Below, piece by piece: positions 48,313 to 59,062 of a DNA stretch of 64,000 bases. The stretch spans positions 84,643 to 148,642 of the forward strand of contig DHPR01000012.1 of NCBI GenBank assembly GCA_002410925.1, given 5' to 3'. Position 1 is the first letter of the stretch; every line of letters starts with the position of its first letter. Below the pieces are notes generated by a model. It saw only the letters and a list, made by a program, of their open reading frames with translations. It made no database searches and was not told the origin of the DNA. This stretch comes from a bacterium UBP13_UBA5359. Its GTDB lineage: Bacteria; UBP13; UBA5359. The translations under genes were made by a program, and so were the position numbers.

Positions 48313-51300
48313 TTATTCCAGCATCCATAATCCCGTGAAGGCTGCCGGCAGATTAACTTTGAATTCTTCTACTTTTTTGGCGATGTACTCTTTTTTGAAT
48401 GGGTCGTAAACATCGCATTTTTTAGGCAATTTGATAATTCTCTCTCCGGCATATCTTGTATGGATTGCCAGCAATCTTTCGCTAGCAAAAACCTGGTCAT
48501 CACCCTTACCGTAAATATGAACTCCTGCATATCCGGCTATATTTCTTAACAAAGAGGAGGGTATATTGGGCACCGCAGACCAGACTGAAGTCCAATCTTT
48601 AAATTCCCTGACACAAAGACCTGCTTGCCTGAAAGTCCATACGGTTGGACTGGTGCTGACACCCTCACCCAGAACGATAGCCTGCTTATCAATACAGGAA
48701 AACACCGGCGTCAGAGACTGTCTAAAGCCATATCTTAAATCAGTGGCCAACCCTTTAGTTATTCTGTGTGCATAGTCAATAAGGTAAACATCCAATCCTT
48801 TTTGCAGTTCGACAGCTTTGGCGCCTGATATATTGTTCTGTATTGAACGCGTATAATCGGTAACTTCACCGGGTAGATCCAGATGCTTCATTTCCATACC
48901 GATAGTATCCGACATAGCCTTTACTGATAACCCATTATCCGTTATATAACCGGGAGCATATATCCATAGCAAAACATTGCCGTTTCTCTTTATTCTCTGA
49001 TCAATAATCTCTCTTACCTTATCAGAAAGGTAAAAGGTATTAGCAAAGATATACAGTTTGTATCGATCAAAAGGGAAATCCGAAGATGTAAGATCGGTAT
49101 CAAGATAATCATCAAAGGGAGCTCCTAACCTGGATATGCCTTCTACACTCTGGCGAAAGATGAAATCTTCGCATGCAAAACTGAATTTCTGATAATTAAA
49201 CGATTTATTGTTATAAATTACTGCTACCTGAGCGTTATTGCGATCATTCTCCAGCAACCGATCCGTTATAGCGGAAAGATTCTTTATCGCCTTGAATATC
49301 TCCGGATGATCGAATGATTTACCCCCGGGACTGCCCATACTAAACCAGCAGATACTACTCCCTGCGTGGGTATGGATGCCGGCAAAGTTGCGTTTGAGAA
49401 CGCTGATTGTTTCTTCCGGAGTTTTGGCCCAGCCGAAATTATCCCCAATGGATTCAGCAATTACATAGCTTGGATGTCCCAGAGTGGAAGCACAGGTCCG
49501 ACTGTCATCCTCCACTATTGCCATCTTGCCATGTAAAATAGCGGAAGGTAAAAGATATTGGGGCTGAAAGACACCGCCTGCATGCCTTTCGCGATAATTA
49601 AATGGAGTAAAAAAGAAATCTATATTTTTATCATATACCAAACGCTCAAAAGCGCCACGCCTTCTGGAAGCGACCAGGCCGGTATAAGGTTGATCACCCC
49701 ACCCGGGATAGTAATTTGCGCCCACCCAGGCACCAACAAGGCTCTCATTGTTCGAAGCTTCTTTCATTGCTTTTGCAAAGTCAGAAATAACTTCCGCTGC
49801 CAATTCATAATACTGTTCAAAAAAATCGGCTACTTTCCTACTCTTTATCGGATTATAGAAAATGCCGTCGTCAGCGACGAATAATTTTTCAAATCCGGGC
49901 ATAGAAATATTTTTGAAATCCAGTGTGCTATCGTTCCAGGCATCTTTAAGCAATTCGATATCGTTGTTGTATTTATTCATAGCGTATCTTGCAAATGCTT
50001 TTTGTGCTACCGGGCTATAATCCCAATAATCTCCCCATTCACCGCCTCCGCCACAAATGATATAACCGATAATTCTGTCGGCAAAGGGGCTTTCTCTTAA
50101 ATAGCTTACCTGGGCTTTCAGGCATTTGATAGTTTCCTCTCGCCAAATTTCAGATGCTATAGATCCCCGGTTGCCTTTGGCCATATTAGGCGGCCATACG
50201 GCTATATGGTCAGGATATTGCTCAAACCAATCCTTCATTTTTTGGACACGGGCGGTTGTATCCAATTGAATAATAAACTTTGCATCGGGAGCAGCCTTGA
50301 TAATCTCTCTTAAAACCGGGGCGTTGAATTTCCCACCCCAATATTCCTTTTCAAAGAACTCCGGCAATGACCCGTATTTCTTTTGCGCCGGATGGAATGC
50401 TCCCGATGAAACACTCCAAAAGAATACGTTAACCCCGCTTGCCGCCAGATTTTTTATATATTCTTCCTTGCCTTTGTAATCATGCTCTCTATATATGCGA
50501 ATCGACGCAGGCTTATCATTTAAAAACAGCGCCGGCACCCCATGGCTGCTTTTTACCTGCGCCTTAAGGGGGGCAACGGGCAACGACATCTTGGTTGAGT
50601 TGCTATCTTCAGTACGCTGTGAAGAAATTGTTGATGTGGCAGAAACTTTTGCAGATAAATATCTAATCCTGCCGTCATTGCCTTTGCCGGAAGTATCCTT
50701 ATATACTCCTTCCTTTAACATGCCTTCAAAAAGAAGTTCAAGAACCAATCCGTCCCTATTATTTATTCCCCTTTTGCCATTGCGATGGTTATCAAAGTTC
50801 CACGCGACCTCATTTGAATCAATCGCTCGGTTATAAATCCTTAAGGTAGCCATATCTCCTTTTAAAAGCGAGCTTCCCGGGCCTTTTCCTATTACCAGGC
50901 GATTCTTGTTTTTTATTATCGCCGTATAGATAAAGGACTTCTTTCCTCTTAGCACACCATTTATATAAATAGTTGCGACACCTTTATCATATACAGCGAC
51001 TATATGATTATACTGCTTTTCCATTATTCCCGCGCTAGACCAAATAGCGTTTTTATTGTCGCAGCTGTTTATGCCGAACTTCAACCTTGTGGATTTATAC
51101 AAGAATAAGGCAAAGCCGTCTTCTTTGCCCAACACGGAAATTATGCCGTTATAGTCATGCTGCCCCAGTGGCTTAAGCCATACTTCCAGCGTAACTGCAT
51201 CCGTAATATCCAACCTATCCAGGGTGCTGCATTCTATATACGCTCTACCATCAAAATGAAATTCTTTGTCCGCAGTTGCTCCAGTCGTACCACCACAACT

Positions 51301-51399
51301 GCCTTTGCCCGCAAATATCCCCACAAACACTATACAAGCCAGTGCTGCAAGCAAAGCCCTTAACCGTTTAGTCACGACAATCTCCTCCATCCGCACCAT
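48313..51399 (-). CDS. secreted LamG-domain + GH42-like glycoside hydrolase
   Basis: Signal peptide; LamG (TLEVW..P, HIVAVYD, YING, RIYNRA); GGGGEW, DYS, EDD.RT and YKLYIF.N trimerisation-like domain. Confidence 0.7.
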   Translation of the reverse strand: MVRMEEIVVTKRLRALLAALACIVFVGIFAGKGSCGGTTGATADKEFHFDGRAYIECSTLDRLDITDAVTLEVWLKPLGQHDYNGIISVLGKEDGFALFLYKSTRLKFGINSCDNKNAIWSSAGIMEKQYNHIVAVYDKGVATIYINGVLRGKKSFIYTAIIKNKNRLVIGKGPGSSLLKGDMATLRIYNRAIDSNEVAWNFDNHRNGKRGINNRDGLVLELLFEGMLKEGVYKDTSGKGNDGRIRYLSAKVSATSTISSQRTEDSNSTKMSLPVAPLKAQVKSSHGVPALFLNDKPASIRIYREHDYKGKEEYIKNLAASGVNVFFWSVSSGAFHPAQKKYGSLPEFFEKEYWGGKFNAPVLREIIKAAPDAKFIIQLDTTARVQKMKDWFEQYPDHIAVWPPNMAKGNRGSIASEIWREETIKCLKAQVSYLRESPFADRIIGYIICGGGGEWGDYWDYSPVAQKAFARYAMNKYNNDIELLKDAWNDSTLDFKNISMPGFEKLFVADDGIFYNPIKSRKVADFFEQYYELAAEVISDFAKAMKEASNNESLVGAWVGANYYPGWGDQPYTGLVASRRRGAFERLVYDKNIDFFFTPFNYRERHAGGVFQPQYLLPSAILHGKMAIVEDDSRTCASTLGHPSYVIAESIGDNFGWAKTPEETISVLKRNFAGIHTHAGSSICWFSMGSPGGKSFDHPEIFKAIKNLSAITDRLLENDRNNAQVAVIYNNKSFNYQKFSFACEDFIFRQSVEGISRLGAPFDDYLDTDLTSSDFPFDRYKLYIFANTFYLSDKVREIIDQRIKRNGNVLLWIYAPGYITDNGLSVKAMSDTIGMEMKHLDLPGEVTDYTRSIQNNISGAKAVELQKGLDVYLIDYAHRITKGLATDLRYGFRQSLTPVFSCIDKQAIVLGEGVSTSPTVWTFRQAGLCVREFKDWTSVWSAVPNIPSSLLRNIAGYAGVHIYGKGDDQVFASERLLAIHTRYAGERIIKLPKKCDVYDPFKKEYIAKKVEEFKVNLPAAFTGLWMLE

Positions 51400-52097
51400 T
51401 ATCTATGTTTTGATTCATCGAAAATATTTGCCAGATTATCCCCTATTGAGGCCCGTTGCCATTTCACATGGCCATCGCAGTAGAGAATATTCAAGCCCTC
51501 GGAGTGCCGGTTGCGCAAGCGCTGTGATGTAACTTTTTCACCCGGCACGCCTATACCGGCACTGCTCCCAGGAACACCCCAATCGTATCCCTCCGAATCC
51601 GCTACCACACCTACTTCGCTCGGCTTCATAATTCTGGTCATATCATTATAAGCAGCCCATGGATTTGCGCCTCCACTCCAATAAGCCCATAGCACTCGAA
51701 AATAGAGATAATCGGCAGAAGAGCTAAGCGAGCCGTCTAGGGATGGGCAATCGAAAATAGTGTTTGCATAATTGGGAATTGCATTCTTGTTATACTTGCC
51801 TTTAGCTCCCACATAACCGGCCAAAAGATCCGACCAATATCTGCTTTCTCCAACCGTACCATTCTCGTTATAAACCAGTGGAAACCACTCGTCGTAATCC
51901 TGTGCATACATCAGCAATCCCTGCCCAATTTGCTTCAAATTGCTCTGACAGGTTGTCTGCCTGGCTTTCTCTCTCGCTCTACCGAAAACAGGAAAAAGTA
52001 TGGCACTAAGAATGGCTATGATAGCAATAACTACTAATAACTCAATAAGTGTAAATCCTCTTCTTTTTCTGCAGCAGCCCTCACACCTGATAATCAC
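51399..52097 (-). CDS. prepilin-type protein with DUF1559 / H-X9-DG domain
   Basis: [19 protein letters not shown] and [16 protein letters not shown]. Confidence 0.92.
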   Translation of the reverse strand: MIIRCEGCCRKRRGFTLIELLVVIAIIAILSAILFPVFGRAREKARQTTCQSNLKQIGQGLLMYAQDYDEWFPLVYNENGTVGESRYWSDLLAGYVGAKGKYNKNAIPNYANTIFDCPSLDGSLSSSADYLYFRVLWAYWSGGANPWAAYNDMTRIMKPSEVGVVADSEGYDWGVPGSSAGIGVPGEKVTSQRLRNRHSEGLNILYCDGHVKWQRASIGDNLANIFDESKHR

Positions 52098-52160
52098 CTT
52101 GCACCTCCGATAGTCTTTTAACTTTCCATATCATTCTTTGTAATATTATTTGCTATGCTG

Positions 52161-53351
52161 TCAACATACCGGTATATTGAACTCCACCGGCAGGATTTCC
52201 TTGTGTTTAAAATCCATGCCGTTGATCTGATCTATCAACATTTTGAATACCCTTTTTCCCTGTAGCTTCAACGGTAAACAGATGGATGCGGTACCAGGTA
52301 TATTTACAGGAACGCCGGTAAGAATATAGAGGTCAACATCTTTACCAATAATTCTGCCCTCCCGACAAAGGTAATCATAGACTCCCTGAGCCAGCCAATC
52401 ACCAGCTATGACCAATGCTGTAGCTTCCTGCAAAACGGTATGTTTATCCGCTACAATATCGGCTATTCTCTTATCGTTATCTCTAACATATTTAGTTATC
52501 ATTTCCAGAAAATCAAGCTTCGCCTCCTTTATCGCCCTTTTATACCCTCTGCACATTCTCTCCCTGCCTCTCTCAATACGCGGATCAAGCGGCAGCCTCT
52601 GGCTGACAACTAGAGCGACTTTTTGATGACCCTTTCGTATCAATTCTCTGGCAGCAAAATATGTTGTCTCTTCATTATCAAATAAAACGCTTGGGACTTC
52701 CATATTAAGATAGACATCGTCAACAACAGCTAACGGACAACTCAGCCTCTGCAACTCCCTGATATCGCTCTCTTCCATGGGACTAAGAAATATCAGCCCC
52801 GCCAGATGTCTTTTGAATATGTTTTCACGTAAAATGGTGCTGCCGTCAAATATTTTACGCCCGTTGGTGGTAAAAACATGAATTTCATAACCGTATGCCT
52901 GCGTAGCTTCGGCAATTCCTTCAACTGTCCTGGCAATAGATGGATCTGTCACGGAGAAGACATTATGAAAAACTATGCCGATGTTTTTAGAATCTGAAAA
53001 GGGTCGATTGGCAGGAGTCATATCCTGAGCAACAAATGTTCCTCTGCCGGGATATCGTTCCAGATACCCAGTCTTAACCAGCTCACTGTAAGCCTGCTTT
53101 ACCGTGGCGACACTTACTCCCAATCTCTGGCAAACTTCGTGATCAGTAGGCAGTCTTGTTCCGCCGGCAAGAATACCGCTAGCTATCTTCCTCTTCAAGT
53201 GTTCCCTTATCTGCATATAAATAGGCGTGCCATTATTGAGCTCTATATCGAACAACTGAATACTACCTTTCTGTTTAGATGTATTATTAGCAGATTTAGA
53301 TGGTTCATAATAATAATGTTCTACAACTTTTGAAATATTCCTTTTTTGCAT
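52161..53351 (-). CDS. GntR HTH + LacI-type sugar-binding regulator (AraR-like)
   Basis: PIYMQI...RLPT....LGVS..TV.QAY..L...G.L....GRGTFV followed by a PBP-like domain; start uncertain. Confidence 0.88.
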   Translation of the reverse strand: MQKRNISKVVEHYYYEPSKSANNTSKQKGSIQLFDIELNNGTPIYMQIREHLKRKIASGILAGGTRLPTDHEVCQRLGVSVATVKQAYSELVKTGYLERYPGRGTFVAQDMTPANRPFSDSKNIGIVFHNVFSVTDPSIARTVEGIAEATQAYGYEIHVFTTNGRKIFDGSTILRENIFKRHLAGLIFLSPMEESDIRELQRLSCPLAVVDDVYLNMEVPSVLFDNEETTYFAARELIRKGHQKVALVVSQRLPLDPRIERGRERMCRGYKRAIKEAKLDFLEMITKYVRDNDKRIADIVADKHTVLQEATALVIAGDWLAQGVYDYLCREGRIIGKDVDLYILTGVPVNIPGTASICLPLKLQGKRVFKMLIDQINGMDFKHKEILPVEFNIPVC

Positions 53352-53418
53352 ATTGAGTTTTCGTTTTTGTGAAGCTGGAAGTTCCTCTGGGCATGCGATA
53401 TATTATTCAGCCTTTTAT

Positions 53419-54726
53419 CTAATCTCTGCTTTGGCGGAAATGGTTGGGGGTAGTACCCGTATATTTTTTGAAGACTTTGCTGAAGTAGCTGGAATCGTTA
53501 TATCCTACTTCCTGAGCCACTTGCGTTATACTGCGAAGGGTCTCCTTAAGCATCTGCCTGGCCTTCTCTATGCGGACTTCGGAAATGTGCTCCACCAGCG
53601 TGCAATCCATCTCCTGCTTGAAGAGACGGCTAAGATAGAACGGGCTAAGATGAACTGCCTTGGCTATCTCCTCTATGGATAGATCACGATTGTAATTCTG
53701 TTCAATATAATCTACCGTCTGCTTGATGACACGGAAGTTTTTGAGGTCGCGCGTATCGTAAACAGAATCTATAAAGCCATCCAGAGCCTTGACTATCCAG
53801 TGAGACAACTCGTCCAGAGAATCAATGCCGTACAGCTCCTGCAGATAGTAGAAATTAAGCCCCAGGAGACGTTCCAGGCCGGCCCCGCCCTCAACGGCAG
53901 CTCGCGATAGGACTACGACCAACTCCAGAATGCGGGCTTTGATGACCTCCGGATGCCCCGCACTCTTAAAGAAGATATCCCCCAGCAGATTGTTGAGAAT
54001 CTCTTTGGCTCCAAGACGATCTCCCATACGGACTCTGGACAGGAGCTCCCGCTCCTTCTCTATGGGATAAAGCGGTGAAATAACTGCGCTCTTGCTCTGT
54101 TCCAGCTCCTCCTCCAGGCTCTTACGTGCCTGTATCTCATCATTTAGCCGTGACAGCTGCTCACTGATTTCACGCCGCTGTGTCAGAGTCACCAATCCTG
54201 TTCCAGCCAGGTGATTGGCAATAACGAAGATCAGTTCGGCTGCAGCCCGAACTCTGGGCCCGGAAACAACCTTCAGCTCCCCGGCCGCCGCCATAAGCTC
54301 TTCATGACCGATATTCAGATCTTTGTTCTTCTCTCTGATGTCATTGAGAAAGAGCTCGTCCGGTTGCCACATCAGGACCTGTCCGCAGGCTACGCAACCC
54401 AGATAATGGTCTTCCACCAGGATAGGCGCTACCCACTCCACCAGTCCGCTATGACAGAAGAAAATATACGGCTCGCCCAGTTTGGATGCCTGCAAGCCTC
54501 CCTTAAGTATGGATTGCAAACATCGCTCTGCACCCCTGGGAGAGGCCTTCAGCAAACGACAGAAGCGACAGCTATCCTCATAGCCCTCCGGCTCCGCCAG
54601 CTTGCAGCCGCCGGCGTCCAGCACTCTGGCCGTAAGCCCGGTAGCTTCACGAAAAGAGACTAATACTTTATTCAACACTTTCCGGTCGATAAGCTCTTGT
54701 AGTTCGATCTTCTCCGGCTTGCGCAT
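53419..54726 (-). CDS. PocR sensory domain / AraC family transcriptional regulator
   Basis: CRFC...RC..S...G...PYIF.CHSGL (PocR domain) and C-terminal AraC HTH; start set at ATG 54726 with AAGGA RBS. Confidence 0.9.
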   Translation of the reverse strand: MRKPEKIELQELIDRKVLNKVLVSFREATGLTARVLDAGGCKLAEPEGYEDSCRFCRLLKASPRGAERCLQSILKGGLQASKLGEPYIFFCHSGLVEWVAPILVEDHYLGCVACGQVLMWQPDELFLNDIREKNKDLNIGHEELMAAAGELKVVSGPRVRAAAELIFVIANHLAGTGLVTLTQRREISEQLSRLNDEIQARKSLEEELEQSKSAVISPLYPIEKERELLSRVRMGDRLGAKEILNNLLGDIFFKSAGHPEVIKARILELVVVLSRAAVEGGAGLERLLGLNFYYLQELYGIDSLDELSHWIVKALDGFIDSVYDTRDLKNFRVIKQTVDYIEQNYNRDLSIEEIAKAVHLSPFYLSRLFKQEMDCTLVEHISEVRIEKARQMLKETLRSITQVAQEVGYNDSSYFSKVFKKYTGTTPNHFRQSRD

Positions 54727-54748
54727 ATACACATGCTTCCTTGTGAAT

Positions 54749-56137
54749 TTACTTATGAAGCGCCAATCCCAGAACATCCATAGCTGCTTCGTCTACAGCC
54801 TCGGGCAACGTCGGATGAGCATGAATAGTAGCGATTATCTCTTCCACCGTTACTTCAGCCTTCATAGCCAAAGCCAGTTCACTGATGAGGCTGGTAGCCT
54901 GAGGTCCGATTATATGAGCGCCCAGCACCTCGCCGTAGCGGGCATCAGCGATGATCTTGACAAAGCCCTCGCGCTCTCCCATAGCCAGAGCTCTTCCTAT
55001 ATTGCGGAAGGGGAAGCGGCCTACTTTGATGTCACGGCCATCCTGCCTGGCCTGCTCTTCCGTCAGGCCCACGCTGGCTATCTCCGGTGATGCAAAAACA
55101 CAAGCAGGTATTACTTTGTAATCCATGCTTTCATTGCCGCCCATAGCATTGGCGGCTGCTACCAGTCCCTGGGCTGAGGCCACGTGCGCCAACTGAATAA
55201 TAGCGGCGGCATCACCAATGGCATAGATGCCCGGAGCCGTTGTCCTCATATGATCATCTACCGTAATGCCACGCTTTTCTACCGCCACGCCGGCTTCTTC
55301 CAGTCCCAAACCCTCCAAGCAAGCACGTCTGCCTACCGCTAAAAGAACAAGATCGGCACTCTCAACCTTGTTGCCGGAAAGCTGCACCCGGCAGCCTTCA
55401 CCTTCGCGCTCTACCCTCTGTACACTGGTAGATGTCATGACCCGTATTCCTTCACGCCCCAGAGCCTTCTCCATCTCCGTACTTATTTCAATATCTTCCG
55501 TGGGCAAAATATGCGGCAGCACTTCCACCAGGGTTACCTCGGAACCGAATTGCCTGAATATGTAGGAGAATTCCACACCTACAGCCCCTGCGCCTATGAC
55601 CAGCAGCCGACTCGGTATCTGTTGCAGCTCCAGCATTTCATCGCTGGTGACTACATTGCCCTGGTCCAGGCCGCATCCCTCTATGGGAATGCCGCAAGGA
55701 TAGGAACCGGTAGCAAGTATGATGTTATGCCCCTGTAACTCCTCTTCTCCCTGTTCGCTGGAAACTATAACAGATGTGCCTTTGCCCAGGCGACCTTTTC
55801 CCTTGTATATATCTACATTTCCTGCTTTACAAAGGTGCTCTATCCCTCCCCGCAACTGTTTGACGATCTGCTCTTTACGTTTAATAATAGCGGATAGGTC
55901 GGGAATTATTCCCTCTATTTTGATACCGAAACGATCGGCTTTTCGAGTGGTCGCCAGCAGCTCGGCGCTGGCGATAAGCGCTTTGGTAGGTATACACCCT
56001 CTGTTAAGGCAGGTGCCTCCCAGCTTGTCTCTTTCCACCAGAGCCACACGCCCTCCCAATTTTGCAGCACGAAGTGCGGCTACATAACCGCCTGGGCCGC
56101 CGCCGATAACGATGACATCATAAATATTATTGCTCAT
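54749..56137 (-). CDS. lpdA: dihydrolipoyl dehydrogenase (E3)
   Basis: GGGPGGY, GGTCLNRGCIP and HAHPTL.E; start ATG 56137. Confidence 0.95.
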   Translation of the reverse strand: MSNNIYDVIVIGGGPGGYVAALRAAKLGGRVALVERDKLGGTCLNRGCIPTKALIASAELLATTRKADRFGIKIEGIIPDLSAIIKRKEQIVKQLRGGIEHLCKAGNVDIYKGKGRLGKGTSVIVSSEQGEEELQGHNIILATGSYPCGIPIEGCGLDQGNVVTSDEMLELQQIPSRLLVIGAGAVGVEFSYIFRQFGSEVTLVEVLPHILPTEDIEISTEMEKALGREGIRVMTSTSVQRVEREGEGCRVQLSGNKVESADLVLLAVGRRACLEGLGLEEAGVAVEKRGITVDDHMRTTAPGIYAIGDAAAIIQLAHVASAQGLVAAANAMGGNESMDYKVIPACVFASPEIASVGLTEEQARQDGRDIKVGRFPFRNIGRALAMGEREGFVKIIADARYGEVLGAHIIGPQATSLISELALAMKAEVTVEEIIATIHAHPTLPEAVDEAAMDVLGLALHK

Positions 56138-56253
56138 TACTATCCCCCTGAGATTGTTTGTTATGTAAAGTTTCCGGATTCGCTCTGCGGACTTCCATGC
56201 GGCAGGCACTAAAGCGCTGCTTTGGAAGGCGAACTGATGGATTTAATTAAATC

Positions 56254-56901
56254 TTACTTCTTTACCAGAGCTAAAATAAATGCCAGTCCCAGGAAGACAT
56301 TCGTGCGTCGCTGTGATTTTTGCAGTCGCTGCTCCATCTCTTTTGAAGCCTTTATACTATCATTGGCATCGGACAGATCTTTTTTAAGTACGGATACCTC
56401 TGAATTGGCTGCTGCTAGTTCGGTTTTAGTCTTGGCTAACTCTATCTTCAGGCCATCGAGCTCTTTTTGCAGTGCCCTCATCCCTACCGTCATTCTGGCA
56501 AAATCCTCATTCAAGACGACCCTTTGCTTCTCCAGATTGGCTATCTTCTCATCAAGGGCCTTCATTTTGTCCTGCGCATCCACCATCTCGTTGCGGAATT
56601 CGTTAATCAGCTTACGTACGCCATCCAGATCCTCTCGCAGAGCCTGAACCTTGCCGCCCTCTATCTCTTTAAGCAATTTATCCACAGCCAGAGCAAACTC
56701 CATACGAGTAACCGGCTTGCCTGATCCTAAAACACCGCCTTGATAGCTGGACAGGTAACCCTTGCTGATAAGGTTTTGCATCGTCTTATAAGCCCAATGA
56801 TCGGGGCTTATTTCATCCGCTCCCGCTGCCATAGCCGCAGTCGGTATTATAAACAGCATCAGTAGTACCAGCAACAGATATTTTCTCACTCTAGACCACA
56901 T
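56254..56901 (-). CDS. SLH-domain coiled-coil protein with C-terminal hydrophobic anchor (Omp-alpha-like)
   Basis: Signal peptide, DHWAY...TRMEFA SLH domain, long heptad coil, VFLGLAFILALVKK tail. Confidence 0.8.
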   Translation of the reverse strand: MWSRVRKYLLLVLLMLFIIPTAAMAAGADEISPDHWAYKTMQNLISKGYLSSYQGGVLGSGKPVTRMEFALAVDKLLKEIEGGKVQALREDLDGVRKLINEFRNEMVDAQDKMKALDEKIANLEKQRVVLNEDFARMTVGMRALQKELDGLKIELAKTKTELAAANSEVSVLKKDLSDANDSIKASKEMEQRLQKSQRRTNVFLGLAFILALVKK

Positions 56902-56913
56902 CCTTAATATTTA

Positions 56914-58950
56914 TTATTCAACGGAGATCTCCGACCGGCAGCCGGGAAGCTCTATCTCCTTGCCCTTGCCGTCCTTTATGCTCTTTTCCACCAGCTGAAC
57001 CTTAGCCACGCCCCTCTGCAGCGTTCTGAAATGCAGTACGCAAAGGCTGCCGCTGCCGGAGAAGGGCTGGCTGCCGCTGCCGGATATTGTTATTCTGCCT
57101 GCTTCCCGGTCTATCCCCGGTTCTGTCCACTCAGACAGGGAGCCACCCTGAACAAAGAGCGTACCCCGCGAGATAAAAACGAGTTCCGCAATGGCCGGGT
57201 CATAGGTTATCACTGCCTGTCCACAGGTAAACTCCCTCAGCCTGTCCAGCATTAATTCGATATCGATAAATCCACCGGCTTCAATACGACTCTTACCGGG
57301 CTGGAAATAGATTGCGGGCCTGAGAGGAGGAACGGATATCCTGCCGGATGCTTTCTGAGCATCTACACTGGTGGAGTATACCGCCACCTGATAGATCAGA
57401 TCTCCCTCTGCCCATTTCGCTGGCGAGAGGTTCCATTTAAATTCTATTTCCTGTCCCGGCTCCAGATAGGGAATGCTCTCCAACGGCAGTGAGCCGGAAA
57501 GCAGCTTCAGATCGTCCCCGGGCATCATGTAAACTCTAACGTTGCCGGCTTCAGAGCCGCCTGTATTACTGAGAATCGCCCTGATTTGAAGAGGATCGGG
57601 TTGCCTGATGCCGTCGATATTCAATATCTGCGCCTCCGGCGCCATTGTTTTGAGAACCAGCCTGGGAGGCGAGAGTATGTTTATTCCCCGGCTCACTTTG
57701 TTGCCCTCAATATTGGAAGAGAAGACCTCCAGTGTCAGTGCCTGCTTACCTCCGGAGAGACCACTGGCCTGCACGCTCCAGACCATCTGCTGGACCTCGC
57801 CGATATCCATCTTTCCGATTTCGCGCTCTGCTCTGTCATCGGCAAAGGCCAACCCCTCCGGCAGATGAAGAACAGCCTTGACGCCGCGAGCTTCAAAGCC
57901 GCCACTGTTCTCCAGATAGCCGATAATAGTGATTATCCCTTGCTTGTCCTTGCCGCTCTGCACTTCGGCTGGAGCAGTGATACCCAGAGTCAGGCGGCCG
58001 GGCTGTATATCCACTCCGCCCAGCCCGTAGTAAGTCGTTACCGTTCGAGATGCCCCCGCTCCCAGCTCCACCGGATCCCAGAAGAGCGCTACGGCGCTAT
58101 CAAGCTCCTCTTCATCCTTACGGATAAAGGGCGCACCCGGTTCAACGCTGATGCTCCACAGCTCATCGGCAGCGGTGCCCCAATCCGTAAAGCAGACTCT
58201 ATCGGGAGTTACGGCATGCAATCCGCGCAGCGTTCCCTGCGCCACGACATGAGGATCGCTGAGGGAATCGAAAGCCAGCCAGTAATCCGGAATCTCGGCT
58301 CCATAGAGCCAGGCAGCACCTGTCAATGCCTTCTCTCCAACGCGAAATGGTGCGCCGTCATTATCTCCCAGCATAGTATCCAGCAGCACCCGTATGCCTA
58401 TGCTGTGAGGCTTATCATCAAGATTGGATATTCTGTAAGTGATTTCAGCTGTATCCTCCATGCGTGTAGTCAGGCTGCGAGCAAAGCTCAGGATTTGTGT
58501 TACCTCGACAGAGCCGAAACGACAAGTGGTAACCAGCGCTCTGTCCTGTGCTCTGGGCAGGCCGGACAGGACGCCGGTCGGTCCGCCCCTGCCGGAACGG
58601 CGTTTGGTCTGCCCGCCGAAAATATAGTCCTGACCATCTATGCGTATGGTAGTATATGAAGTCCAGGGAACAGGGCGCCCGTATATCAAGGGTTTATCAT
58701 TGTCGCTATCGCGCCCTATATCGCCGCCAGTGGTATCGACGGATATACGTCCGGTATCATAATCACCGGCATTGACACGCAAAGAGATGAATTCATTAGA
58801 GATTACAGCTACCGATCCTTCATTCATCTCTGCCCAAGCAACACAGGAGCCTGCCGCCAACAGGATAAACAACCCCACTATCCAAAAAATGCGCTCTTTA
58901 AGCGAGGTTGCCGGTTGTTGATTGTTAGTTGTTAGTTTCGGGATTTCCAT
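56914..58950 (-). CDS. secreted beta-rich protein with Ig-like repeats and C-terminal cohesin-like domain
   Basis: Signal/TM; LDTMLG.NDGAPF domain; two N.GG.EA..V repeats; YDP...L....G...GSGSL..L.F cohesin-like end. Confidence 0.6.
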   Translation of the reverse strand: MEIPKLTTNNQQPATSLKERIFWIVGLFILLAAGSCVAWAEMNEGSVAVISNEFISLRVNAGDYDTGRISVDTTGGDIGRDSDNDKPLIYGRPVPWTSYTTIRIDGQDYIFGGQTKRRSGRGGPTGVLSGLPRAQDRALVTTCRFGSVEVTQILSFARSLTTRMEDTAEITYRISNLDDKPHSIGIRVLLDTMLGDNDGAPFRVGEKALTGAAWLYGAEIPDYWLAFDSLSDPHVVAQGTLRGLHAVTPDRVCFTDWGTAADELWSISVEPGAPFIRKDEEELDSAVALFWDPVELGAGASRTVTTYYGLGGVDIQPGRLTLGITAPAEVQSGKDKQGIITIIGYLENSGGFEARGVKAVLHLPEGLAFADDRAEREIGKMDIGEVQQMVWSVQASGLSGGKQALTLEVFSSNIEGNKVSRGINILSPPRLVLKTMAPEAQILNIDGIRQPDPLQIRAILSNTGGSEAGNVRVYMMPGDDLKLLSGSLPLESIPYLEPGQEIEFKWNLSPAKWAEGDLIYQVAVYSTSVDAQKASGRISVPPLRPAIYFQPGKSRIEAGGFIDIELMLDRLREFTCGQAVITYDPAIAELVFISRGTLFVQGGSLSEWTEPGIDREAGRITISGSGSQPFSGSGSLCVLHFRTLQRGVAKVQLVEKSIKDGKGKEIELPGCRSEISVE

Positions 58951-59062
58951 TTTTATTCCTTGCTATCCGTTATTCGGCCCGGATTACGGATTACCGGCTC
59001 GAGCTTCCGGCTTCTCAACCTGCAAACGAGCTTAAATCCAGAATAACCAGCCCATGTTTCTC

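Noticed and set aside
53405-53430. Additional sigmaH-like sites (AGCA-N18-GAAT here; AGGG-N19-GAAT near 48270)
   Set aside because: Poor -35 match or wrong spacing
57586-58659. 357-aa plus-strand ORF
   Set aside because: Antisense shadow of the 678-aa gene in the tonB operon; no recognisable features
56914-58950. Cellulosome scaffoldin
   Set aside because: Single cohesin-like domain; no dockerin repeats seen in the window's hydrolases
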